Source: Deltaproteobacteria bacterium (lineage in GTDB: Bacteria > Desulfobacterota > GWC2-55-46 > DRQE01). From it: 61,563 nt of DNA. The DNA lies in the NCBI GenBank assembly GCA_015492495.1, contig WGEY01000069.1, forward strand, positions 1-61,563. Reading direction: 5' to 3'. Below, one piece after another: positions 1 to 7,954 of the stretch (positions within the stretch are counted from its first letter, which is position 1; every line of letters starts with the position of its first letter). The notes under the pieces are model-generated. The model made no database searches. It was not told where the DNA came from and saw nothing but the letters and a program-made list of their open reading frames with translations. The position numbers and the translations under genes are program-made.

Positions 1-784
1 CCTTAAATAGAAGGGATTGAGACTCTATGGGTTGTTATTTTCTTCATTTCTCCCGAAGGAACGAAGACCTTAAATAGAAGGGATTGAGACTTGTATCCAT
101 TTTCTCCCTCCCTTTATTTTGTGAAGGAACGAAGACCTTAAATAGAAGGGATTGAGACGTGGTTACCACAACCACCACCCAGATCCTCCGCCCGAAGGAA
201 CGAAGACCTTAAATAGAAGGGATTGAGACCTATATACCCCTTTTGTCAGTCTTTCTTTCTTCATGAAGGAACGAAGACCTTAAATAGAAGGGATTGAGAC
301 ATGTAATCCTCTATGTCCTTTCCCTGTCCCTTGAAGGAACGAAGACCTTAAATAGAAGGGATTGAGACGCCGTTTTCCTTGACCTCTGCGCTCATATCGG
401 AAGGAACGAAGACCTTAAATAGAAGGGATTGAGACCAATTTTCTATGGAGGTATTCGATGCCCTCCTGGAAGGAACGAAGACCTTAAATAGAAGGGATTG
501 AGACGGTGAGATCATGGAGCGTCTTCAAAAAGAGGTCGAGGAAGGAACGAAGACCTTAAATAGAAGGGATTGAGACAAAAAAACTTTGGATTCTGGAGAA
601 AAGAAAAAGAAGGAACGAAGACCTTAAATAGAAGGGATTGAGACCGTTTTCATATCTCAAACAAGGCCGGCGTAACCTGAAGGAACGAAGACCTTAAATA
701 GAAGGGATTGAGACCTGCCATTCGGATCCGAGTTTTACGATTTTTTCTGAAGGAACGAAGACCTTAAATAGAAGGGATTGAGAC
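1..784 (+). CRISPR. CRISPR array: 12 identical 36-nt repeats (first truncated by window edge), 11 spacers of 31-36 nt
   Basis: Repeat GAAGGAACGAAGACCTTAAATAGAAGGGATTGAGAC at 1-23 (partial), 55, 123, 194, 265, 333, 400, 469, 541, 609, 679, 749. The 3' end ATTGAGAC resembles the ATTGAAAC-type 8-nt Cas6 handle and the degenerate copy lies downstream, so transcription is probably on + with the leader outside the window. Confidence 0.98.
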
Positions 785-835
785 GGTGAGCACGTTTCCG
801 GGGTTACAGCAAATTCTGAATATCGGGGGTAGAGA

Positions 836-997
836 TTGAAGAAACGGGAAGAAGAGAAAAAACACGACATGCAAGATTGTGGTTGTATAAAGAGAGAAGG
901 GACACTGTGTGAAAGATGCAGGACGGAGATATATCTAAGATTGAAGGAATGGTTCGAGAAGGTCCATGGAACCGGGACCTTGGATGGAAGGGATTGA
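836..997 (+). CDS. Putative 53-aa Cys-motif micro-protein (CxC...CxxC) in array trailer
   Basis: TTG at 836 preceded by GGGGGT (alternative ATG at 869). Reads (M)KKREEEKKHDMQDCGCIKREGTLCERCRTEIYLRLKEWFEKVHGTGTLDGRD*. Below the ORF-track size cut-off. Confidence 0.35.
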   Translation: MKKREEEKKHDMQDCGCIKREGTLCERCRTEIYLRLKEWFEKVHGTGTLDGRD

Positions 998-1000
998 GAC
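965..1000 (+). repeat. Degenerate terminal CRISPR repeat
   Basis: CATGGAACCGGGACCTTGGATGGAAGGGATTGAGAC matches the consensus at 28/36 with the last 14 nt perfect; 180 nt downstream of repeat 12. Confidence 0.9.
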
Positions 1001-1048
1001 GCATGTTCGCTGGGGCATCCCTGGTGGTTTTGAAGTAAGGAACAAGCC

Positions 1049-1927
1049 ATGAAGATGTATGCTACCCTGATTGCCGTGCTGGCCATCTTTCTTTCAGGAA
1101 CCGGCCCGGTGCAGGCCGAGGAGCCGAAGTTCTTCAGCGAAAGATACAGGAAGATGTACCTTTCGGATAAACTTGCGGAATGGTTCCCGGAAAATCCCCC
1201 CGACCTGTACACCCTTTACTGTGAAAAAAAGGACGGCGAAGGGGTTAGGGTCGAATACGACTCCTGCAAGGCGCTTCGTTCGTTACAGAAAAAGGGGTGT
1301 TACGGACTCACCACGCTCGAGATAAAGATGGAGCTCTGGATGTCGGACCTGTGCGATTTTCGTTCGGAGCTGTTGATGTTGCGCCCCGCTTCAAGTAGTT
1401 TTTTCGACCTCGACTCGGAAGACTGGTGGCGGGAGATACCGGCCGAGCTCATCCCTTTACACGGGGGTGTCTACAACGACGAGTTGTGGGATATGGCCGT
1501 GAAGGAGCACAGGCGGCTGACCGAAGGAAAACGCATCGGTGACATCCTGGCAAGCTTCCAGAGGAAAGAGGGCAAGGTGATCGAAGGTCTCGTAGGCCAG
1601 ACAAAGGAAGATTGCGGGCTCGTATTCGACAAGGTCCGGATAGAGCCTCTCGTAACGGGAGATGTCGACGGTGACGGCGCTGGAGAGCTTTCACTGAAGA
1701 TCGTGAGGCTCCGGTCCTCGTCGGAGTGCGAGTTACGTTCCCTCTACGGCTCCATGTACACGCCCGCCAGCGCAACATACTGGATAAAGAAGACATCGAA
1801 ACAGGGACGCATGGAGGTCTACGGGAATATCTGGTCGGTTCTCAGCTTCAAGAAGGCATACAGGGGTGCAAAAGACCTGGGGCTTGAAGAATTCTGGTGG
1901 AGAGGAAAGCTGTACAACACAAAATAG
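1049..1927 (+). CDS. Exported hypothetical protein
   Basis: 292-aa ORF with AAGGA RBS, Sec-type signal peptide (MKMYATLIAVLAIFLSGTGPVQA|EE), 6 Cys and a DVDGDG Ca-binding-like motif; family not recognised. Confidence 0.75.
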   Translation: MKMYATLIAVLAIFLSGTGPVQAEEPKFFSERYRKMYLSDKLAEWFPENPPDLYTLYCEKKDGEGVRVEYDSCKALRSLQKKGCYGLTTLEIKMELWMSDLCDFRSELLMLRPASSSFFDLDSEDWWREIPAELIPLHGGVYNDELWDMAVKEHRRLTEGKRIGDILASFQRKEGKVIEGLVGQTKEDCGLVFDKVRIEPLVTGDVDGDGAGELSLKIVRLRSSSECELRSLYGSMYTPASATYWIKKTSKQGRMEVYGNIWSVLSFKKAYRGAKDLGLEEFWWRGKLYNTK

Positions 1928-2269
1928 AACCTCCCACTGCCGTACCTTTTCCTCGCACGGCAAGAAGACCTTGCCGGGAAGAATCTTTTCTCGAACCAAT
2001 CCGATCCCGCCTTCGCTTAAAACAGGCGGCCGGAGGTCGTCGACCGTCCGCGCTTTTCTCCGCCTCCGGTCCTTCAAGGTAACGGAAATCCGCGTGTGTC
2101 TACCCTCGACCTTCGAACAGAGTAAGGCCAACCTGCGGCGACCGACACCGCGGCCCGAAGGATCGCTTCCTTCCCGGTGATTCCCTTTTCTGGCATCGCA
2201 TTTTCACCCGATCACGACAAGGCGTGGAGCGGTTCGGCTCTCCGCGATACCGCGATGAGCGGAAAACCA

Positions 2270-2296
2270 GCCGAAACGTTTTCAAAACGTTTCGGC
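2270..2296. promoter_or_regulatory. 27-bp perfect inverted repeat, candidate transcription-factor site
   Basis: GCCGAAACGTTTT-C-AAAACGTTTCGGC immediately upstream of a candidate -35 box of the cas operon. Confidence 0.55.
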
Positions 2297-2298
2297 GG

Positions 2299-2327
2299 AT
2301 GACAACCAGACCTTTCCTGCTTATCAT
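2299..2327 (+). promoter_or_regulatory. Candidate sigma70 promoter of the cas operon (leaderless)
   Basis: ATGACA-17 nt-TATCAT; the cas2 ATG follows 6 nt after the -10 box and no SD is visible. Confidence 0.5.
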
Positions 2328-2333
2328 CTGAAC

Positions 2334-2612
2334 ATGAGGCGACTTTACCTCGTGGCATACGACATAACCGACAACAAGAGGCTCAACCGCGTGAGGGACT
2401 TCCTCAAGGGGTACTCGACCGGAGGGCAGAAGTCCGTCTACGAGTGTTTTCTGTCGGAAGGCGAGCTGAGAAGGGTTGTCACAGGGCTCGATGACATCAT
2501 AGAGCCCGAGGAGGACAGGGTCCACATCTTCGCGCTGGACGGCCGGAGCAGGGTCCACACGCTCGGGGTCGCGCTCCAGCCGAAGGACCCGTCCTTCTTC
2601 TACTTCGAGTGA
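2334..2612 (+). CDS. cas2: CRISPR-associated endonuclease Cas2
   Basis: 92 aa with YLVAYDI, KRLNRV, QKSVYEC and EDRVHIF motifs. Confidence 0.95.
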   Translation: MRRLYLVAYDITDNKRLNRVRDFLKGYSTGGQKSVYECFLSEGELRRVVTGLDDIIEPEEDRVHIFALDGRSRVHTLGVALQPKDPSFFYFE

Positions 2613-2685
2613 GCACGAAGCGGCGCGGCTTTCAGCGGTCTGGAAGCGGACGGTCCGGAGCATGCCGAGTAAAGGGGCTGATACC

Positions 2686-3654
2686 ATGGGAACACTCTAC
2701 ATAGACAGAAGGGACATAGAGGTGAGGATGGACGGAAACGCCCTGGCCTTCTACGCAAACGGGAGAAGGGAGGGGCTTGTACCGATCGTACAGCTCAAGA
2801 GGGTGGTCATATGCGGCAGGGCGCTTATCGAATCGTCGGTGCTCGGAAGGCTCGCCGAAGAGAACGTAAGCGTCGTCTTCCTCTCGGGCAAGCACCAGCG
2901 GTTCAGGGGGATGCTCCACGGACGGCTCCACAATAACGGCCTTCTCAGGCTCAAGCAGTACGAGGCGTCGCTTTCACCGCTTGCACTGTCGTGGGCACGG
3001 GATCTGGTCAGAAGAAAGGTCGAAGGCCACAAGACATTGCTCGAGGATGCGCTCGAGGCCAGGCCCGACAGGAGGCGTGAGCTCTTCAGGGGCGTATCGT
3101 CGCTGGCGTCGGTCCTTTCGACCATTGAAGAAGACCGCGAATCAGACAGGACACGCCTCAGGGGACTCGAAGGCGCGGCGGCGGCGGCCTACTTCCAGGC
3201 TTACTGCCCGCTTTTCGCGCCGTCACTCGGCTTCAGGGCGAGGCGGAGAAGGCCGCCCACGGACCCGGTGAACGCCCTTCTTTCGCTGACCTATACGCTC
3301 GTCCACGCCGAGGCCGTAAGGGAGTTGGAGCTCGCAGGCATGGACCCGACGATCGGCTTTTACCACGAATTCGACTACGGCCGGGAATCGCTCGCCTGCG
3401 ACCTCGTCGAGGTCCTGAGACCCCTCTGCGACCGCTGGATCTGGTCGCTCATGCGAGACAGGGTCTTTACGGCGCGCAGCTTCACCACCGGCGGCGAGCG
3501 CCCGGGCTGCTACCTCAAGAAGGACGGCAGAAAGACGTTCTACGCGCTCTACGAGGAGTGGGCGGTCTCCGCAAGGGGTGTGCTGTCAAACGAGGTAAGA
3601 TCGCTCGTGCGCATGGTAATGGGAGACGAATACAATGAGGACCTTGTACCTTAA
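2686..3654 (+). CDS. cas1: CRISPR-associated endonuclease Cas1 (catalytic motifs intact)
   Basis: LRGLEGAAAAAYF, RRRPPTDPVNALLS, GFYH and ACDLVE motifs; ATG 2686 follows AAGGGG (ORF open from 2662). Confidence 0.96.
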   Translation: MGTLYIDRRDIEVRMDGNALAFYANGRREGLVPIVQLKRVVICGRALIESSVLGRLAEENVSVVFLSGKHQRFRGMLHGRLHNNGLLRLKQYEASLSPLALSWARDLVRRKVEGHKTLLEDALEARPDRRRELFRGVSSLASVLSTIEEDRESDRTRLRGLEGAAAAAYFQAYCPLFAPSLGFRARRRRPPTDPVNALLSLTYTLVHAEAVRELELAGMDPTIGFYHEFDYGRESLACDLVEVLRPLCDRWIWSLMRDRVFTARSFTTGGERPGCYLKKDGRKTFYALYEEWAVSARGVLSNEVRSLVRMVMGDEYNEDLVP

Positions 3655-4456
3655 CGGAGACAGGCGGTACACGGTGCGCAGGGACGGCCCTTCACTGTGG
3701 ATCGGCGAGCAAGGGAGGGCCGGAAGGAGGGTGCCGGTGCGCCTGGTAAGCCGGGTGATCGTAACGGGCCGCGTGACCATGGAGAGCGACGTGATACCGT
3801 TCCTCGCCCGTAGCGGCGTGCCGGTCTCGTTCCTGAGCAGCAGGGGAGACTTCGTAACCACGGCGCTTCCGCTCGAGCAGCCGCTCACCTCGCTGCAGGA
3901 GAGGGTCCAGCGGCTGTATCATGTAAGGGACGGCGTTGCGCGGGTCAGAGAGCGGCTTTCGGCCAGGAGGCAAGGCTTCATGGTAGAGCTTCTGAGGAAG
4001 TTTCTGCCCCACAAGGTGGCGTTCATAGGCGAAAAGGGGCTGGGAGAGAATGCCTACCTCCGGCTCGTCGAGACGATCATCCCGGGGGATGCGGGGGACC
4101 ATCCGCGGGCCGTGAGAGGCATACTCGACGGCCTTTTTCACGAGCTCGTACTCAAGGAGGTCGTCGACACAGAGCTCGACCCGCATGTGGGTTTCGTGCA
4201 TCGCCACGAAAATTTTGCCTTCGTGAAGGATCTGTGTTACGCTCTTGAGGCTGAAAGGGACAGGCAGCTCATCCTCTTCTTCAGGAGGCCGGGGTGGACC
4301 AGGTTCACGAGCCGAAGGGCCGGCCATGCCGGCGTGAACGCCGAAGGCATGAAGGACATAGCCGTGCGTTTCGAAAACCTCAGGGAGGATGTCTCGGCGA
4401 AGACGGACATGCTGCTCGACGACTTCTTCGGTGTGTTGAGGGAGATGGGGACATGA
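3635..4456 (+). CDS. Degenerate Cas1 paralogue (probably catalytically inactive)
   Basis: N-terminus parallels the upstream Cas1 (TLY...DG..L...VP...V++.G...L....V.V.FLS) and DPHVGFVH...KDL is retained, but the EG and RPPxDPxN motifs are missing and DLVE becomes DLCY. Confidence 0.8.
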   Translation: MRTLYLNGDRRYTVRRDGPSLWIGEQGRAGRRVPVRLVSRVIVTGRVTMESDVIPFLARSGVPVSFLSSRGDFVTTALPLEQPLTSLQERVQRLYHVRDGVARVRERLSARRQGFMVELLRKFLPHKVAFIGEKGLGENAYLRLVETIIPGDAGDHPRAVRGILDGLFHELVLKEVVDTELDPHVGFVHRHENFAFVKDLCYALEAERDRQLILFFRRPGWTRFTSRRAGHAGVNAEGMKDIAVRFENLREDVSAKTDMLLDDFFGVLREMGT

Positions 4457-4743
4457 AGTCGGCCTATCTCGTCTGCTACGACATATCAAGCCCCCGCAGG
4501 CTCGGCAGGGTCTTCAGGCTCATGAAGGGCACCGGCGTGCACCTGCAGTACTCCGTCTTCCTCTGCTCGCTTACGTGGCCGAAGCTTACGCTGCTCAAGG
4601 CAATGCTCGACGACATAATAAACCCGGGACGGGACGACGTGAGGATATACCCCCTGCCATCGGGGTGCAAGGCACGCGTACTCGGCAGGTGGGCGCGTAT
4701 CCCAGAGGGCATCGACATCTTCTTCGAAAAGGGGCTCCCCTGA
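4453..4743 (+). CDS. cas2: Second Cas2
   Basis: MKSAYLVCYDISSPRRL, LQYSVF and DDVRIY motifs; ATGA overlap with the cas1' stop. Confidence 0.93.
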   Translation: MKSAYLVCYDISSPRRLGRVFRLMKGTGVHLQYSVFLCSLTWPKLTLLKAMLDDIINPGRDDVRIYPLPSGCKARVLGRWARIPEGIDIFFEKGLP

Positions 4744-4775
4744 ACATTACGCGCGCAGGCGTGCCGAGGAAACCC

Positions 4776-5723
4776 GTGTTTGAAGGCCTTTACTTCTCAA
4801 AGTTTTCCTTTCACCTTGAGGCAAGGGACACCATAATACTGCCACCGTACAAGGGCTCTACCTTCCGCGGGGGGTTCGGGCACGCCTTCAAGCGAATCGT
4901 ATGCAGCGCGAGGCGCAGGTCATGCGACGAGTGCCTGCTCAGGAAAAGGTGCATCTACATCTATGTCTTCGACACGCCTCCACCCGAAGGCTCCGAGGTG
5001 CTGCGTAAATACACAAACGTTCCGCACCCTTTCGTGATAGAGCCGCCGCTCGACCCCGGGAGGATATACGCACCCGGTGAGCCGCTGGTCTTCAGCCTCG
5101 TCCTCGTAGGCAGGGCGACCGAGTACCTCCCCTACTTCATTTACACCTTCGAGGAGCTGGGCGATATCGGCATAGGCAAGGGCAGGGGCAGGTACCGGCT
5201 CACGAAGGTTGTGCAGAACGGATGCGGCGGGGAAACCGCGGTCTACTCGGCCTCGGAGAAGGCCCTTTCGGCCGACCGTCGCACATTGACGCCAGCGGAC
5301 CTGCCGACGGATCACGGTGAAAACACCACGCTCACACTACGCTTTCTCACCCCGGCGCGCATAATTTCACGCGGCAGCCTCGTGGTCGACCTCGAGTTCC
5401 ATCACCTCGTCAGAAGCCTGCTCAGGAGGGTATCGTCCCTCACCTACTTCCACTGCTCGAGCAGGCTCGAACTCGACTTCAGGGGGATGATAGAGTCGGC
5501 AGCCGCGGTAACGACGGTGGAGCGACGGCTCAGGTGGTACGACTGGGAGAGGTACTCGGCCAGGCAGGCGACGAGGATGAAGATGGGGGGCGTGGTGGGC
5601 GGCGTCCGTTTCCGCGGCAAGCTGCACGACTTCATGCCGCTTGTAAGGATCGGAGAGTTCCTGCACGTCGGCAAGGGGACGAGCTTCGGGCTCGGAAGGT
5701 ACATGGTGGAAAACGGTGGATAG
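4776..5723 (+). CDS. cas6: Cas6 pre-crRNA processing RAMP endoribonuclease (Cys-cluster type)
   Basis: GTG after GAGGA; YKGSTFRGGFG, C-x5-CxxC-x5-C cluster, PHPFVI and C-terminal glycine loop GKGTSFGLG. Confidence 0.93.
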   Translation: MFEGLYFSKFSFHLEARDTIILPPYKGSTFRGGFGHAFKRIVCSARRRSCDECLLRKRCIYIYVFDTPPPEGSEVLRKYTNVPHPFVIEPPLDPGRIYAPGEPLVFSLVLVGRATEYLPYFIYTFEELGDIGIGKGRGRYRLTKVVQNGCGGETAVYSASEKALSADRRTLTPADLPTDHGENTTLTLRFLTPARIISRGSLVVDLEFHHLVRSLLRRVSSLTYFHCSSRLELDFRGMIESAAAVTTVERRLRWYDWERYSARQATRMKMGGVVGGVRFRGKLHDFMPLVRIGEFLHVGKGTSFGLGRYMVENGG

Positions 5724-5832
5724 TCACAGCGCGCACCGCTTTCATGAACCCATTCCATGGTTCGAAGCGCCGCTGGCCGACGCCTCTGCGACACATCTTC
5801 GAAAATAAAAATGAAGAGAGGAGAAGCAGCAC

Positions 5833-6276
5833 ATGGAAGAGCGCACCGGCAGGGTCAGGCTGATCGGCATAATCCAGTGTGATTTTGCCAAGGAACGTTG
5901 CAGCGGCTTTGCATGCATCAACTCCTTTACGAACAGGATCGACGCGTTCGAGGATTACGCGGAGGACGGGATCATGGCCGTGCCGTTCAACTGCGGGGGC
6001 TGCCCGGGCAGGCGGATCAGCAGAACGGCAGCGCACCTCGCAAAGAGGGCCAAGCGGAAGGCGGGCATCGAAAAGGACGAGATCGTGATACACCTGGCCT
6101 CATGCATGGCCACGGACAACGGCCATTATCCCCCCTGCCCCCACCTCGGCTACATAGAAAAGATACTCGCCCGCAAGGGGTTCAGGGTGAGAAAGGGCAG
6201 CTACAGGAGCAAGACCGCGCAGAAAAGAAGGGAAGACGGCGTCTATGACGCATTCGACTGGAAATGCGGGCAGTAG
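5833..6276 (+). CDS. CGGC domain metal-binding protein
   Basis: IGIIQC...CSGFAC...CGGCPG...IHLASC...CPH pattern. Confidence 0.88.
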   Translation: MEERTGRVRLIGIIQCDFAKERCSGFACINSFTNRIDAFEDYAEDGIMAVPFNCGGCPGRRISRTAAHLAKRAKRKAGIEKDEIVIHLASCMATDNGHYPPCPHLGYIEKILARKGFRVRKGSYRSKTAQKRREDGVYDAFDWKCGQ

Positions 6277-6436
6277 CGTCCGTGAGCCCCGCGGACGCCG
6301 TAACTTCGCGGCACCTGTTACATCTCTTGACACGCGGGTATTAATGCGCTCTACTCGATGGGTCGGCTTGTACGGAAGGGTTTCCGGGCGGGCCGGGGAT
6401 GTGGGTACAACATATTTTAAGGAGGTGACCCTGCAA

Positions 6437-6562
6437 ATGAAGGTAACGGAAGTCGGACAGAGGTTCAGGTGCAGGCTCTGCGGCAACGAGGTCGAGGTTA
6501 CGAAGGTCGGCGGAGGAGAGCTCGTCTGCTGCGGTGAGGCCATGGAGCTCATGGAGGAGTAG
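6437..6562 (+). CDS. Stand-alone desulforedoxin-like FeS4 protein (41 aa)
   Basis: Strong AAGGAGG RBS; CRLCGNEVEV...GGGELVCCGEAM is the desulforedoxin CxxC...CC motif. Confidence 0.9.
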   Translation: MKVTEVGQRFRCRLCGNEVEVTKVGGGELVCCGEAMELMEE

Positions 6563-6643
6563 GCCGGCCGCGCGCCTTCGTGGCGCTTCGGTGCCCCAGA
6601 CCTCCCGAGGCCGCCCAGTCCGGCCGGTGGATCAACGCTTTCC

Positions 6644-6671
6644 TTGACACCACCTCGATAGGGGTTATACT
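6644..6671 (+). promoter_or_regulatory. Candidate sigma70 promoter upstream of fbp
   Basis: TTGACA-16 nt-TATACT; a CRP/FNR-like box TGTGA-N6-TGACA lies at 6726-6741. Confidence 0.5.
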
Positions 6672-6847
6672 TTACTCAGCGGATCATGTGCCTGGCGCGT
6701 ATCCTATCGTAACGAAAAGCCTTTATGTGACTCTTGTGACATACCCCGCAATCCTCCGGATCGTTTGATCGCTTGTTGGAATATTAAGACATAACCTGTA
6801 TTGTCTAAACATAGCATCCTTGTAATATCAAGAAAGGAGAAGGGGAG

Positions 6848-7954
6848 ATGGCAGGAGAGTCGAAGATTACATTGAGTGTAATCAAGGCAGACGTAGGGGG
6901 ATTTGTGGGGCACACGAACGTGCATCCGGACCTCATCGATACGGCCAAGGAGAGGCTTCACAACGCGAAGGAGAAGGGCCAGATCATAGACTACCATGTC
7001 CTGAGGTGCGGCGATGACATAGAGCTTATCATGACGCACGACAGGGGATGCGACAACTCGGAGATACACGGGCTTGCATGGAATATCTTCAGCGCCTGTA
7101 CCGCGGTGGCCAAGGAGCTGAAGCTCTACGGCGCCGGACAGGATCTTCTGAAGGACGCCTTCTCGGGGACCGTAAAGGGGATGGGGCCGGGAGTCGCCGA
7201 AATGGAATTCGTCGAGAGGAAGAGCGAGCCGGTCATCATCTTCATGGCCGACAAGACCTCCTCGGGGGCGTGGAACCTGCCGCTGTACAAGATTTACGCC
7301 GACCCTTTCAATACGGCCGGACTCGTCATAGATCCCCGGATGATCGACGGATTCTCTTTCCGCATAATCGACGTCAAGGAGGGGAAGGCCATCACGCTCA
7401 AGTGTCCGGCAGAGGCGTACTACACACTGTCGCTGATAGGCACGACCTCACGGTACATGATCTCGTCCGTATACAGGAACGCCGACAACGACGTTGCGGC
7501 CGTGGTCTCCACCCAGAAGCTCTCGCTCATCGCCGGCAGGTACGTGGGCAAGGACGATCCTGTCGCCGTCATGAGATGCCAGTCGGGCCTGCCCGCCGTG
7601 GGCGAGGTCCTGGAGGCCTTTACGCTCCCTCACCTCGTGGAGGGATGGATGAGAGGGTCGCACACAGGACCACTCATGCCGGTACCCTTTTACGAGGCAA
7701 ACCCATCGAGGTTCGACGGCCCGCCAAGGGTCATCGCCGCCGGCTTCCAGATAGCCAACGGCCGCCTCATCGGTCCCCATGACATGTTCGACGACCCGGG
7801 CTTTGATTCCGCAAGAAAGCTCGCCGGCAGGGTCAGCGACTACATGCGCCGTCACGGCCCCTTCCAGCCGCACAGGCTGCCGGAAGAGGCCATGGAGTAT
7901 ACGACGCTGCCGGAGGTGCTGAAGGTCCTTAAAGACCGGTTTGAAGACGCATGA
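6848..7954 (+). CDS. fbp: Bifunctional fructose-1,6-bisphosphate aldolase/phosphatase (class V FBPase)
   Basis: SVIKADVGG, GDDI.L.MTH, LYGAGQDLLKDAFSG, YVGKDDP, GWMRGSH.GPLMP and RFDGPP motifs. Confidence 0.95.
   Translation: MAGESKITLSVIKADVGGFVGHTNVHPDLIDTAKERLHNAKEKGQIIDYHVLRCGDDIELIMTHDRGCDNSEIHGLAWNIFSACTAVAKELKLYGAGQDLLKDAFSGTVKGMGPGVAEMEFVERKSEPVIIFMADKTSSGAWNLPLYKIYADPFNTAGLVIDPRMIDGFSFRIIDVKEGKAITLKCPAEAYYTLSLIGTTSRYMISSVYRNADNDVAAVVSTQKLSLIAGRYVGKDDPVAVMRCQSGLPAVGEVLEAFTLPHLVEGWMRGSHTGPLMPVPFYEANPSRFDGPPRVIAAGFQIANGRLIGPHDMFDDPGFDSARKLAGRVSDYMRRHGPFQPHRLPEEAMEYTTLPEVLKVLKDRFEDA

Noticed and set aside
694-1212. Minus-strand ORFs (172 aa and 66 aa) across the array end
   Set aside because: They translate repeat sequence and the antisense of the 1049 gene; no motifs or RBS.
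4575-4775. Apparent N-terminal extension or fusion on Cas6
   Set aside because: Overlaps cas2' in another frame; GTG 4776 has its own SD.
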